From assembly GCA_048940645.1 (NCBI GenBank), contig JBHLOI010000008.1, positions 1-64,000 of the forward strand: a stretch of 64,000 nucleotides of DNA, in the 5' to 3' direction. The translations under genes were made by a program, and so were the position numbers. Source of the DNA: Promethearchaeota archaeon. Its GTDB lineage: Archaea; Asgardarchaeota; Lokiarchaeia; Sigyniarchaeales; SOKP01. This document shows, piece after piece, positions 29,072-39,426 of this stretch (position 1 is its first letter; each line of letters begins with the position of its first letter). A model generated the notes under the pieces. It searched no databases, had not been told where the DNA came from, and worked only from the letters and a program-made list of their open reading frames with translations.

Positions 29072-29974
29072 ATGGACGACTTTATTCACTTAATTTCAGC
29101 TGAGTTTCCAGAAATATATTTCATTGAGGGAGCAAGAAATGGTAAATATCCCTATTCTCACTCTCTACTTATTGAAGATTTTATAATTGATACCGGTATC
29201 TCAACTAGATTGTTAAGAAAATTAAAAAGAAAGTTCCAGATAAATAATGTATTATTATCGCATTGGCATGAAGATCATACTTCTGGAAATAGAATACTTC
29301 CCGATGCGAACTTCTTAGTACATTTAAATGATAAATATTTGATTGAAAACGTTGATAAATTCAATGAATATTATGGTATTTTGAATACCCCTGCTGTTGA
29401 GACGTTTGCTTGGTTAGAAGAAGGTCTTAGATTAAAAAATACTAAAATTCAAAAAACTTTTGAAGATAATCAGGTTATTAAGATAGGAGATCATTTAAAT
29501 TTAAAAGTTATTCATACTCCAGGACATACGGCAGGACATTGCTCTTTTTATGAGTTGAATTCAAAATTAGCATTTTTAGCAGATATAGATTTGACTAATT
29601 TTGTATTTTATGCCGGAATTGATTCGGATTTGCTTGATTTCGAAAAATCTATTGAAAAGCTTTTACAATTAAATATAGATATTGTTGCTACAGGTCATAG
29701 AGGGATTATTGAGGGTAAACAGAAGATAAAAGAAGAATTAAAAAAGTATAAGTCAATAATCTATAAACGAGATGATCGGCTTTTATCTCAATTTTCAGAG
29801 ATTAAACCAATAATTGTAAATGATTTCAAGGGTAAAAACCAGATATATAAGTATTATAGTGAGTTTAAGGATTATGAGATTGTAGCCGAATTAATAATGA
29901 TTCAAAAGCATTTTGACAAATTTTTGATTCAAAAACTCATTTCTCCAAAAGATAATGGATTTATTCTGAGTTAA
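29072..29974 (+). CDS. MBL-fold metallo-hydrolase
   Basis: SHWHEDH, HTPGHTAGH, AD, TGH. Confidence 0.92.
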   Translation: MDDFIHLISAEFPEIYFIEGARNGKYPYSHSLLIEDFIIDTGISTRLLRKLKRKFQINNVLLSHWHEDHTSGNRILPDANFLVHLNDKYLIENVDKFNEYYGILNTPAVETFAWLEEGLRLKNTKIQKTFEDNQVIKIGDHLNLKVIHTPGHTAGHCSFYELNSKLAFLADIDLTNFVFYAGIDSDLLDFEKSIEKLLQLNIDIVATGHRGIIEGKQKIKEELKKYKSIIYKRDDRLLSQFSEIKPIIVNDFKGKNQIYKYYSEFKDYEIVAELIMIQKHFDKFLIQKLISPKDNGFILS

Positions 29975-30080
29975 AAAATTTGACAACTATAAAAAAAAGA
30001 AAAAAATTTAATCTTTTTCTTTAGCTAATCTATCAACTTTACTTGGAATTCCTTCATTAATCGAAACTGATTCAGGGAGT

Positions 30081-30293
30081 TTGCTCATAATTTCTTTAAT
30101 GTTAACACCGGAAGAAAAAATTTTTCAATGTTGGCAATTCGCAGAGTGTCCAAAAAATATAAGAGTAGAATGTCCTGCATATCTGAATCATAAATATAGG
30201 TTTTGGAAAATCACAGATTGTAAAATATCCCCGGAGAAACACGCAGAAATAAAAGAAAAAGTTAGTAAAATTATTCAATTAGAAGATACTTAA
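30081..30293 (+). CDS. small Cys/Trp-rich (two-CW-like) protein
   Basis: CWQFAECP...CPAY...FWKITDC. Confidence 0.55.
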   Translation: MLIISLMLTPEEKIFQCWQFAECPKNIRVECPAYLNHKYRFWKITDCKISPEKHAEIKEKVSKIIQLEDT

Positions 30294-30314
30294 ATTTTGA
30301 TTTTGTTAGCTAGT

Positions 30315-31838
30315 CTAATTTTTTAGCTTTGAAAAGTTTAGTAAAATCTTGATTAGTATTTCATAAATTATTCCAACATCCACAATTTTTAATTTTTCAT
30401 TAGGCGTGTGTTCACCGTCAACAGTAGGACCAATTGAAATCATTTGAATTCCAGGAATCTTTTGGCTTATTCTTCCTGTTTCTAAACCTCCATGAACAAT
30501 ACTAGATTTAACAGGTCTTTGTAAAATTGATTCATATTGTTCTTTGGCATATTTAAGAAATTTTGATTCAGGTTGGGGCGTCCATTCTGGTAATATATCA
30601 CGTAATTCCATCTGCCAACCTCCTAGTTCCCCCAGTTGAACCATAGATTGTACAAATGAATTCAATTCAGATCGAATAATACTTCGAGGATAAAGTCGTA
30701 TAATAATTCTATTATCTTTTGTCCAGACTATCGCAAAATTATTAGATGATTCAGGAAAGTTTTCATAGAATGGTGAATATCTTAAGACTCCTTGTGGAAA
30801 AAGGCTTGTAGTGGAAATGATAAGTTTTGTATCCTCAGCTGATAGAAATCTTTCTGGTTTTCCTTTTTTACAAGTAATATTTATATGAGGTTCTAGTATT
30901 GGAAATCCTACTCTTGAAGCTTTATAATAATCATATATTATTGTTAATTCATCTTGAATCAAATTTTCAAAAAACGCTTTATCTTTTGAATTTATAGCAA
31001 ATTTTATTTCAGCATTTCTAGTAATGACATTAGATACTGTACCTCCATTCCATCTGCATAAATAGAATTCAATATGTTGGCTTATATTTGATAAAATTCT
31101 ACTGATTAATTTATTAGCATTTGCCCTAGGTAAATGAATATCGCCTCCAGAATGTCCTCCTAATAAACCATCAATAGTTAATTCAAAGAATAGTAGATTT
31201 TTCAAAGTATCTTGTTTTAACCATTCAAATTCTTTTCTAAAATACGTTCTCCTTCCACAAACGGAACCAATTGTAATTTCTCCAATTGGACCACTGTCTA
31301 AATTTATCATGTAGTTACTTTTAATATCAAGTGTTTTAACATCCAGATTTGTAGCTCCAGTAAACCCATCTTCTTCATTAACAGTAAAGAGCACTTCAAT
31401 GGGTCCATGCGAGGTGACTTTTTTATTATCTATTAAAATTGCTAATGCTAATGCCACCCCTATTCCATCATCTGCTCCCAAAGTGGTTCCATCAGCATCA
31501 ATCCACTCACCATTATCTTGTATTCTTAGGGGAATTCCACTTTCATCAAAGTTATATCCCTCTGGTCTATCTGTTTCACAAACCATATCTAAATGAGCTT
31601 GAAGAAGAAGGGGAGGTACTGATTCCATCCCGTTTGTAGCCGGTTTTTTAATTAAAATATTACCTACCGTATCTTCAGAAATATTAATTTCGAGTCTTTT
31701 TAGTTCTGCTTGCTCAATCAACCAAGATTTAATCTTATTTCTAATTTTATCTTCCTTTTTAGAACGACGCGGTGTTTTAGCAATTATTTCTTCAAAAATA
31801 TACCATACAATTTTTGGTTCTAATTTTTCTAATACCAT
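30315..31838 (-). CDS. pepD: aminoacyl-histidine dipeptidase (M20C)
   Basis: LQAHLDMVCE, TTLGADDGIG, NEEDG, NLDS, GGHSG, HGGLE, HTPNE. Confidence 0.9.
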   Translation of the reverse strand: MVLEKLEPKIVWYIFEEIIAKTPRRSKKEDKIRNKIKSWLIEQAELKRLEINISEDTVGNILIKKPATNGMESVPPLLLQAHLDMVCETDRPEGYNFDESGIPLRIQDNGEWIDADGTTLGADDGIGVALALAILIDNKKVTSHGPIEVLFTVNEEDGFTGATNLDVKTLDIKSNYMINLDSGPIGEITIGSVCGRRTYFRKEFEWLKQDTLKNLLFFELTIDGLLGGHSGGDIHLPRANANKLISRILSNISQHIEFYLCRWNGGTVSNVITRNAEIKFAINSKDKAFFENLIQDELTIIYDYYKASRVGFPILEPHINITCKKGKPERFLSAEDTKLIISTTSLFPQGVLRYSPFYENFPESSNNFAIVWTKDNRIIIRLYPRSIIRSELNSFVQSMVQLGELGGWQMELRDILPEWTPQPESKFLKYAKEQYESILQRPVKSSIVHGGLETGRISQKIPGIQMISIGPTVDGEHTPNEKLKIVDVGIIYEILIKILLNFSKLKN

Positions 31839-31979
31839 TTTTTTATACCCGCTTCATTTTAGTATTAATTAAGAGCCTTTACTTTAAACCCTTTTTAAAA
31901 AAGGATAATAAAATTTTTATTCCGAAATATATTGAACAATTCAAATTATTATTAAAATTAAAAAAATATTGAGGAGAAA

Positions 31980-32750
31980 TTGATTTTGGAAGATATTGTA
32001 TTATATGAAAAAGAGGGTGATATAGGTAGAATAACCTTGAATAAACCAGACCAACGAAATGCTATTGATTTGAATGTTCTTAAAAATTTAATTGAATCTT
32101 TTAAATTAAGTGCGAAAAATGAAGATGTATGTGTAATTTATGCAGCTAATGGTAAGCATTTTACAGTTGGAGCTGATTTAAAATATGGATATGAATTATT
32201 AACGACTAAAAATAGATTAGGCGAAGCTGTTGAATTTCTGGAATCATGGCAAATTTTAACAAGAGCTATGATGGCACATTCCGGCATTATAATTGTTGGA
32301 TATCATGGTTGGGTTATAGGTGGAGGATTTGAGCATACTCTTGCGTGTGATATAAGAATAGCTGCTTCAGATACAAGGATTATGCTTCCTGAAGTTGGAA
32401 TTGGTCTTTTCTTTTCAAATGCTTCTACTAAATTGTTACCGCGAATTATTGGAGAAACACGGGCCAAAGAATTAATGATTTTGGGTAAAGAAATTACTGC
32501 TGAAGAAGCATTGAATATAGGCTTAGTTAATCAGCTCTGTCCACTTGCAAGTTTAGACAGAATTTTGAAGAAAACTGCTAATATGATTATATCTAAAGAT
32601 CAATTAGCTTTAAGATATACAAAGTCGCTCATTAATGAAAATCAAGATTTAAATATTGAATCCGTTTTAGCTCGCGAATCTATTGCAATGATTACTACTG
32701 GACAATCTGATGATGTTAGAAAAAGACTTAAAAAGTTTGTAAAAAAATAA
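31980..32750 (+). CDS. enoyl-CoA hydratase/isomerase family protein
   Basis: FTVGADL, GWVIGGGFE..LACDIRIA, LPEVGIG. Confidence 0.92.
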   Translation: MILEDIVLYEKEGDIGRITLNKPDQRNAIDLNVLKNLIESFKLSAKNEDVCVIYAANGKHFTVGADLKYGYELLTTKNRLGEAVEFLESWQILTRAMMAHSGIIIVGYHGWVIGGGFEHTLACDIRIAASDTRIMLPEVGIGLFFSNASTKLLPRIIGETRAKELMILGKEITAEEALNIGLVNQLCPLASLDRILKKTANMIISKDQLALRYTKSLINENQDLNIESVLARESIAMITTGQSDDVRKRLKKFVKK

Positions 32751-32766
32751 GAGGGAGAAATAAGAA

Positions 32767-33933
32767 ATGAAAGTTAATTATAAAGCAATCACTTCCCCTC
32801 CAAACAAAAAAGAATTAATTAGTCGATTAGAAAAAGTAAGAATTTTAATGGAAAGAGAAAATTTAGATTATTATATTTCTTTCGATCCAGTTAATATCTA
32901 TTATTTAACTAATTTTGCTTTTTATGTTCATGAAAGACCCTTTATTTTAATTATTCCAAAAGAAGGGTTTCCTCAAATGTTGATTCCTCTTTTAGAAAAA
33001 GGACATTTTGAACAACGAGCAATATTAGAGCTTGATTTTATAATTTATTATGAATTTCCTGCTCGTGAGGGTAAGAATTGGTTTGATTTCTACCAGAAAT
33101 TAATCAATAAAGATGCTACTGTAGGAATTGAATCTATGATGCCGATGGGTATAGTAGACAAAACTCCTGGTAAAAAAATCATAATAGATCTTATTGAAGA
33201 GGTACGAATCATTAAAACAGATTATGAAATAGGGAGAACAATTCACGCATGTAAAATTGTTAATAAAGGACATAGAGTTTTACTTAAGAAATGTCGACCA
33301 AAAGTTCTTGAATTTGCTCTTTATAAAGAAGTCACAAATGCTATGACTTCAAAGATTGTACAAGATATTCCTAATGCTAATTTTAGAGCTACACAAACAA
33401 CAGCTGCAGTTTGGCCACCTTCAATTTCTCATGACCCACATTTAGTTCCTCATATATTTACCGAGATGGAAGAAGGAGGGCCCCATGTTTCTATAGTCCA
33501 AGCCCAAGTTGATGGTTATGGTGTTGAGCTGGAACGCACTTTTTTCTTAGGACATGTTCCAGAAAAAGCAAAAGAACCATTTGAAGTTATGATTAGTTCA
33601 AGAGCTTTGGCTTATCATCTTTTAAAACCAGGTAGCGTTATGAGTGAAATTGATAAAAAAGTAAGAAAATTTATATTCGAAAAGGGTTATGCTGATTACA
33701 TAATTCATCGTACTGGTCATGGTTTTGGAATAACTGGACACGAAGCTCCATATATCGCTGAAGGATATGATCGAAAACTTGAACCAAATATGATAATTAG
33801 TATCGAACCAGGAATATATATTCCAGGATTAGGAGGGTTCCGCCACTCCGATACAGTGTTAATTACTCAAGAGGGGTATCAAAAATTAACTAAAGCTCCA
33901 GAAACAATTGAAGATCTAACAATAACGATTTAA
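32767..33933 (+). CDS. Xaa-Pro peptidase family protein (M24B)
   Basis: Creatinase N-domain, HRTGHGFG..HEAP, SIEPGIY, GGFRHSD. Confidence 0.9.
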   Translation: MKVNYKAITSPPNKKELISRLEKVRILMERENLDYYISFDPVNIYYLTNFAFYVHERPFILIIPKEGFPQMLIPLLEKGHFEQRAILELDFIIYYEFPAREGKNWFDFYQKLINKDATVGIESMMPMGIVDKTPGKKIIIDLIEEVRIIKTDYEIGRTIHACKIVNKGHRVLLKKCRPKVLEFALYKEVTNAMTSKIVQDIPNANFRATQTTAAVWPPSISHDPHLVPHIFTEMEEGGPHVSIVQAQVDGYGVELERTFFLGHVPEKAKEPFEVMISSRALAYHLLKPGSVMSEIDKKVRKFIFEKGYADYIIHRTGHGFGITGHEAPYIAEGYDRKLEPNMIISIEPGIYIPGLGGFRHSDTVLITQEGYQKLTKAPETIEDLTITI

Positions 33934-33945
33934 AGAGAGTTATCT

Positions 33946-34449
33946 TTAAATTTCCTTAGCGATTTTTTCTAAGGATTTTCTATTTTTAGGTTTTGGAATT
34001 TCACCTTCAATATAACCCATTGGTAAGACAGTTAGTACAAAATCATTTTTCCCAAGTTCAAGAATTTCTTTCGCTTTCTCACGATCCATTGAACCAATCC
34101 AACAAGTACCTATTCCTAAAGCCCAAGCCATCAACATCATATTCATCGATACTAAAGAGGTGTCTTGAATATACCATTTTGGATTTTGATTTTTTTTTCC
34201 TACAATAGCTATAATCAGAGGAGCCTTTCCCAAAAATTTACCATATGTAGCTACCTTTGCTAATTCTTGCTTCTTTTTTTCGTTCTTGACTACAATAAAT
34301 TCCCAAGGTTGTCTATTCGAAGCGCTAGGAGCCCACCTACCTGCTTCCAATATCATTTTAATTTCCTTATCTGAAATCATTTTTCCTTGAAAATTACGAA
34401 TAGTTCTTCTATTTTTTAGGAAGTGCAAAAATTTTTCAGGATCAATCAA
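33946..34449 (-). CDS. nitroreductase family protein
   Basis: RRTIRNF, APSASNRQPW, LGIGTCWIG. Confidence 0.93.
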   Translation of the reverse strand: MIDPEKFLHFLKNRRTIRNFQGKMISDKEIKMILEAGRWAPSASNRQPWEFIVVKNEKKKQELAKVATYGKFLGKAPLIIAIVGKKNQNPKWYIQDTSLVSMNMMLMAWALGIGTCWIGSMDREKAKEILELGKNDFVLTVLPMGYIEGEIPKPKNRKSLEKIAKEI

Positions 34450-34567
34450 TTTTCCTCAAGTAAAATTATTTTATTTTATAAGATTTAATTATTTAGTAAT
34501 TAATTAAAAATTGCTATCTAGTAATAGAAGTAAGAAATTGAATATTAACATTTAAAGCAAAAAAAGA

Positions 34568-35815
34568 TTAGACTTTATTAAAGTATTCCGAATCGAGGTT
34601 TGGATATATTTTCTTCTTTCTTCCATCCTTTTTAAAATTGATTAACTCGAGTTCTTTTAATTTATTAACATGATATTGAATAGTTTTATGATCTACCTTA
34701 AATCGTTTAGTAATCAGATTACTCCAGAGACCAGGTTCATTTTCTATCATTTCCAAGATTTTTAAAGTTAATTTACTCTTGCTTAATTCAATATCTAAAT
34801 TTGAAATAGGATTTTTTTGATAATATGGGAAGTAAGCTATAAATTTACTAATTCTTTTTTTACCTATTATTTTATATGTTTCTAAGATGTCTAGATGCCA
34901 TACTAAATTTCCAGCAGCAAGTCCTGTTTGCCTTAAAAGCTCATTAAAGTGTATTCCTGGCTGTTCAAGTATTAAATCTATAATTTTATTTCTATTCTCA
35001 TTTTCTAATACTTCTTCTAAAGTTAATCGGTGTGCTCCTTTTTCTATTGGAGTTTGTCTTGTTCTTAGATAATGGAAATAATCTTTTTTTGAAATTAGAA
35101 TTATGATTGATCCAAATGCCACAGCAAAAATAATTATCAAAATTACCCAAAACCAACTATCAAAAACTTCGCTTAGCTCAAAAAATGTAATATAATAATC
35201 AGTCCCAGCTTCAAGATTTGAGAGAGAACTTTCTAAATAATATTCAGAGCTAGACTCATTAAATTTATCAAATGTTTCTACAAATTGCCAAGAATCTTGG
35301 GATGGTTCAAATATAACCATGGAATATTGACTATTTGGACTGAAACCATAAAAAGTGTTTTTTTTGCTATGGAATGTGACATTTTCGATGGTCACATTAG
35401 ATTTCACTTGGTAAATACAGTTATATCTGTATTGAAATTGAAAACCTCCTCTTCCAGGAGTTTCAGGTTGTTTTGATAAGTTAAATCCTCCCATATTAAT
35501 TTTACTGGTGATATTTAATGAAATTGGGAAACTATTATTAACTATTAAAAAAATCTCGCGATTTGCTATTCTATTCTCATAATTGATCCTAATATGTATA
35601 AAAGTGTCAGTAGAAACTCCTAAAACAATATTATTAGGGAATTTATAAATAACTGTTTCATTTGGATAGATTTGATCTTCTGTAGAAAAACCAGGAATAA
35701 TTTCCGTTCTTGCGGAAACTTGATATATGAAGAATGTGAATTGCAGTATGATAACTGATAAGATTAAAATACTAAAGATGCGAGTCTTCCTCTTTTTAAT
35801 ATTCCAAAAAAACAA
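34568..35815 (-). CDS. membrane-anchored transcriptional regulator: signal/TM, ectodomain, TM, tandem ArsR-like winged helices
   Basis: LENENRNKII..PGIHFNEL..NLVWHLDIL; second HTH EPGL..TIQYHVNKL. Confidence 0.82.
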   Translation of the reverse strand: MFFWNIKKRKTRIFSILILSVIILQFTFFIYQVSARTEIIPGFSTEDQIYPNETVIYKFPNNIVLGVSTDTFIHIRINYENRIANREIFLIVNNSFPISLNITSKINMGGFNLSKQPETPGRGGFQFQYRYNCIYQVKSNVTIENVTFHSKKNTFYGFSPNSQYSMVIFEPSQDSWQFVETFDKFNESSSEYYLESSLSNLEAGTDYYITFFELSEVFDSWFWVILIIIFAVAFGSIIILISKKDYFHYLRTRQTPIEKGAHRLTLEEVLENENRNKIIDLILEQPGIHFNELLRQTGLAAGNLVWHLDILETYKIIGKKRISKFIAYFPYYQKNPISNLDIELSKSKLTLKILEMIENEPGLWSNLITKRFKVDHKTIQYHVNKLKELELINFKKDGRKKKIYPNLDSEYFNKV

Positions 35816-35893
35816 TTAAGCTCAATTTTATGTTTTATTAGTAATTTTTATTAAAATTAAAAAAAAATTATTTTAAAATATACCTATAATATT

Positions 35894-36589
35894 CTATTTT
35901 CTTTTTTTATAATAAATGATAGCAACAACTACAACACCGGCTACTACAGCTCCACTAACACCTATAATTACGTATAGTGTATTGTCGGGGATTAATATCG
36001 TCCAATATGAGAAATGATCAACAGTTGCGGTTAGATATCCATCTTCAACAGTTGTTGGAACTGAAACCCATTCACTCGTTGCTTCATCATAATAGGCCCA
36101 TGCTCCTACTCTGTTTTCATTATTAGCTTGAATTCTTAATCGTGCTTGTAAAAAAGTACCATTGCATTGCATATAAACACAGAAGCCTTCTTCATATCGG
36201 TAAGTATTACGATTTCTTATACGATAAGTATTCCCCATCTGTAGACCTAGTTGAATTTCTTCTCGTGTACAAATCATATTCATCTGAAGATCTTGATTTC
36301 CTTCAATTTCTACCATAAAATCTTTGGTGCCTATTCGAACAAAGTCACAATCTATATTTAACTGTAGGGCTACATTAGCGTGGAATGTTAATTGAGTTTG
36401 GTGTTGGAATCGAAACATTGTTCTATTTTGTGCCTTAAGTGAATAATCATTAACATATGGATCATTTGTATCTATAATTTGGTCTGGTGACTCAACAGCA
36501 ACAACATTAAATGAACTAAATGCAGAAAAGAGCATCATCAAAACAATTGTGCTTAGAACTATTTTACTTAATTTTTTCATTTTTTTCAT
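35894..36589 (-). CDS. secreted, C-terminally anchored surface protein (start probably MKKMKK)
   Basis: Signal peptide, beta-rich ectodomain ending YYD..W..V.T..GYLTATVDHFSYW, TM helix and KKRK tail. Confidence 0.75.
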   Translation of the reverse strand: MKKMKKLSKIVLSTIVLMMLFSAFSSFNVVAVESPDQIIDTNDPYVNDYSLKAQNRTMFRFQHQTQLTFHANVALQLNIDCDFVRIGTKDFMVEIEGNQDLQMNMICTREEIQLGLQMGNTYRIRNRNTYRYEEGFCVYMQCNGTFLQARLRIQANNENRVGAWAYYDEATSEWVSVPTTVEDGYLTATVDHFSYWTILIPDNTLYVIIGVSGAVVAGVVVVAIIYYKKRK

Positions 36590-36837
36590 CTGATTTATTT
36601 TAAATATTACAAAAGAACTTAGTATAAAAAGCATTGAGGAATAATCTTTCCCATTAAAGTGTAGATTAATGAAAATTTGATGGTTTCAGAAAACGGCTAA
36701 AAATTTTAGGAAGTCAAAACTTAAGTTTTAATATTATAATTTAGAAATAAATATTATACACTTTAAAAAATAATAAAATTATTGAAAAGGAATTCATTTT
36801 TTATAAAAAGTAATTATATTTTTATTATATACTAAAT

Positions 36838-39114
36838 TTGAAAATTGGAGAAAAGCTTATGTCTCTAAAAGAAATTACAAAAGGAATTTTTACTCGCTAC
36901 GGATTTACTGAAGAGCAAATCCTTGTATATTTGGTTTATTTAAGAGTACCAAGAGCTACTGCTTCGGAGGTTTATTTAACATTAATTGAAGAACATGAAA
37001 CTTTTACCTTTGAATCTGTTTTACAAATTACTGAATGGTTAGTTGAAAAAGGATTTCTTAAAAAAGTAACTGGGATTGTAGACCGATTTATCCCTCTTGA
37101 ACCCTTCTTTGAATTATATATTGGTGAATCTGAGGTTTTTAGAGGTGAAATCGCTAAAATTAAAGATAATATACTAGCCGACCAAGCAAAACGATTTGAA
37201 AAACTTGAAGTAATTCAAGATAAAAGTATAGATGAGGTTGTTACTGCCGTTGATAACCAAATTAAGGCTTTTTTTGAGGATTCTGACACAAAAAACAACA
37301 ATAAACGAGAACGGATTAATAGCGCAAGAAATCGATTCACAGACACCTCTAAAACCTTAGAGGAAAATCTTCATAAGATTATTGATACATTAAATTCAGA
37401 TGTAAAAAATATTAGCGATAATAAAATAAAGGAAAATGAGACTGCAATCAATAGAACAAAAGATAATTTAACAAGCCTTATTTCGGATTTATTAAGTGAT
37501 TTTTCAAAACGAGTTGAGGATCTTGAAAAAGAATTAAAAAAGGATTTAGATGATCATGTAGAGAGACATAAAACCATTGCAAGTGATTTAAAACCAAGAA
37601 TGGAACAAATTCTTGAAAAATATTTAGAAAGAATGGATAAAATTATTACTGATTTGAAAGAGAGAATTTCGCGCCTCTTAAAAGAACATCTTAATCATTT
37701 AAAGAACACAACAGATACATTATCTACAAACCTAAAGGCAACAGTGGATGAAAGACAACGAATTTTAACTGACCAAACCAATGAATTTAAGAGTATGACA
37801 TTAACTCTAATTGATAATCTCTTAGAGCATGCAAATCGATTCACGGATTTTTCAGCAGACATGGCTAAAAAAGGTTTCTTCTGGATGGGAAAAAAGAAAA
37901 AATATAAAGCACGACATGAAACAACAATCCAAAACATTTTAACTTATACAGAACCAATGAAAGATGATTTCACAAAAGTAAGTGAAGATTACATTAAAGA
38001 TACAAGAGATACTACAGATACTCTAAAGAGTGATATAACAGACACAATGACTAAAGAGAATGATAATGTTGTTACCGAGACAACTGATCTTGATCAGAAA
38101 GCGCAAGAAACAATTAATGTTCAATTAGAAACTTTAGCGGCGGATATGGCAGGTGAAATTGATAATACCCTAACAAGTGGAGTAAAGGATTGCTCAGATA
38201 CGAATATAAAATTGAAAGATTCTTTAGAAAATACATTAAAACAACATGAAAGACAATATGATGAGGCTATCAATAGACATAAAGAAGATGCATTAAAACA
38301 TTATACTGGATTTGATACAGAAGTTAAGCAAATAAAAGAAAATTGGATTCGAGATGTTGATGATAAATTTATTGGTGGTAAAAGAGATTCATCTGAAAAA
38401 ATAACTTCTGAAATTAGTTTATGGGGTGATGAATCGGCAGATCTTGATAGAATGTTAAGTGAAATGCTCACAGACCATAAATCAAAATATGAGCAAAATG
38501 CTAAAACTCTTCAAAGTAGTTTGTCAAACACAACGCGAGATACAACGCAAAACATTAAGGATGCAATAGCAGATTTTACCTTACAGTTTATGAATTCTAT
38601 TGATGATGCAACAGAATTAGCTGAAAGTAATGAAGGAAAATTAAGAGATATTTTCAATAGCTCTGCTTCAATTCCTGAATTAGCAGAAATAACCACGTGG
38701 CCAGTATTTGGAAAAGATGCTATGGTTGCTGCAATTAAGGATGCTGTTTTTAGGACAAAATCTTCAATTATTATTGTCATGCCCTATGTCATCCCAGAAG
38801 TTTTGCAAGTAATAAGTGAATTTGCATACCAGAAAAAAGCAGCAAGATTTTTACTTACTAGTCATTTTGATATGAATCAATATGGAGATATAATAAGAAA
38901 GATGATGGCTCTTGGAAATATACAATTCAGACAATTAAGTGGTGCTGGAGAATTTTTTGCTGTCACACGAGATGCCGAAGAGGTAATATTGGGTCCAGCA
39001 ACTGATAAAGAAAGTGAAATGATAACTATTGTCTCTAATCAAATGCAGTACAGCGTACTGTACTCCCAGTTCATCGGTCCGATTTTTCAAGCGAATTCCC
39101 GCCCGATTAAATAA
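36838..39114 (+). CDS. TrmB-like wHTH protein with very long helical insert and C-terminal PLD-like/TrmB effector domain
   Basis: YGFTEEQILVYL..ATASEV..LVEKGFL N-terminus; GKDAMVAAIKDAV..TKSSIIIVMP..AVTRDAEEVILG C-terminus; likely start MSLKE. Confidence 0.7.
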   Translation: MKIGEKLMSLKEITKGIFTRYGFTEEQILVYLVYLRVPRATASEVYLTLIEEHETFTFESVLQITEWLVEKGFLKKVTGIVDRFIPLEPFFELYIGESEVFRGEIAKIKDNILADQAKRFEKLEVIQDKSIDEVVTAVDNQIKAFFEDSDTKNNNKRERINSARNRFTDTSKTLEENLHKIIDTLNSDVKNISDNKIKENETAINRTKDNLTSLISDLLSDFSKRVEDLEKELKKDLDDHVERHKTIASDLKPRMEQILEKYLERMDKIITDLKERISRLLKEHLNHLKNTTDTLSTNLKATVDERQRILTDQTNEFKSMTLTLIDNLLEHANRFTDFSADMAKKGFFWMGKKKKYKARHETTIQNILTYTEPMKDDFTKVSEDYIKDTRDTTDTLKSDITDTMTKENDNVVTETTDLDQKAQETINVQLETLAADMAGEIDNTLTSGVKDCSDTNIKLKDSLENTLKQHERQYDEAINRHKEDALKHYTGFDTEVKQIKENWIRDVDDKFIGGKRDSSEKITSEISLWGDESADLDRMLSEMLTDHKSKYEQNAKTLQSSLSNTTRDTTQNIKDAIADFTLQFMNSIDDATELAESNEGKLRDIFNSSASIPELAEITTWPVFGKDAMVAAIKDAVFRTKSSIIIVMPYVIPEVLQVISEFAYQKKAARFLLTSHFDMNQYGDIIRKMMALGNIQFRQLSGAGEFFAVTRDAEEVILGPATDKESEMITIVSNQMQYSVLYSQFIGPIFQANSRPIK

Positions 39115-39120
39115 ATCTCG

Positions 39121-39148
39121 TTTTTTTCCTCTATTTTTTATTTTTTTG
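39121..39148 (+). terminator. oligo-T terminator-like tract
   Basis: T7, T6 and T7 runs directly after the stop codon at 39114. Confidence 0.45.
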
Positions 39149-39426
39149 TATAAGTTAGTTATTAAAAGTAGAAAATTAATAGAAATAATGATTATAGGTC
39201 CCTAGCCACGATTTACCCTTATATACTTAAACATTTTTGCTCCCTTAAATGATGGTGATATGAAAAAGTATCAAACAACTAAACGAGGGGAGGAGGTATT
39301 AAAACGATTTTATACCCTAATAAATGATTATTTTGATTTAAATCAAGGTAAAAAATAATAGTAACAATAATAATAAAAAATCAGGTTTAATAGAGTGTTA
39401 GGTAAAAAACTAGGATTAAAAAAATT

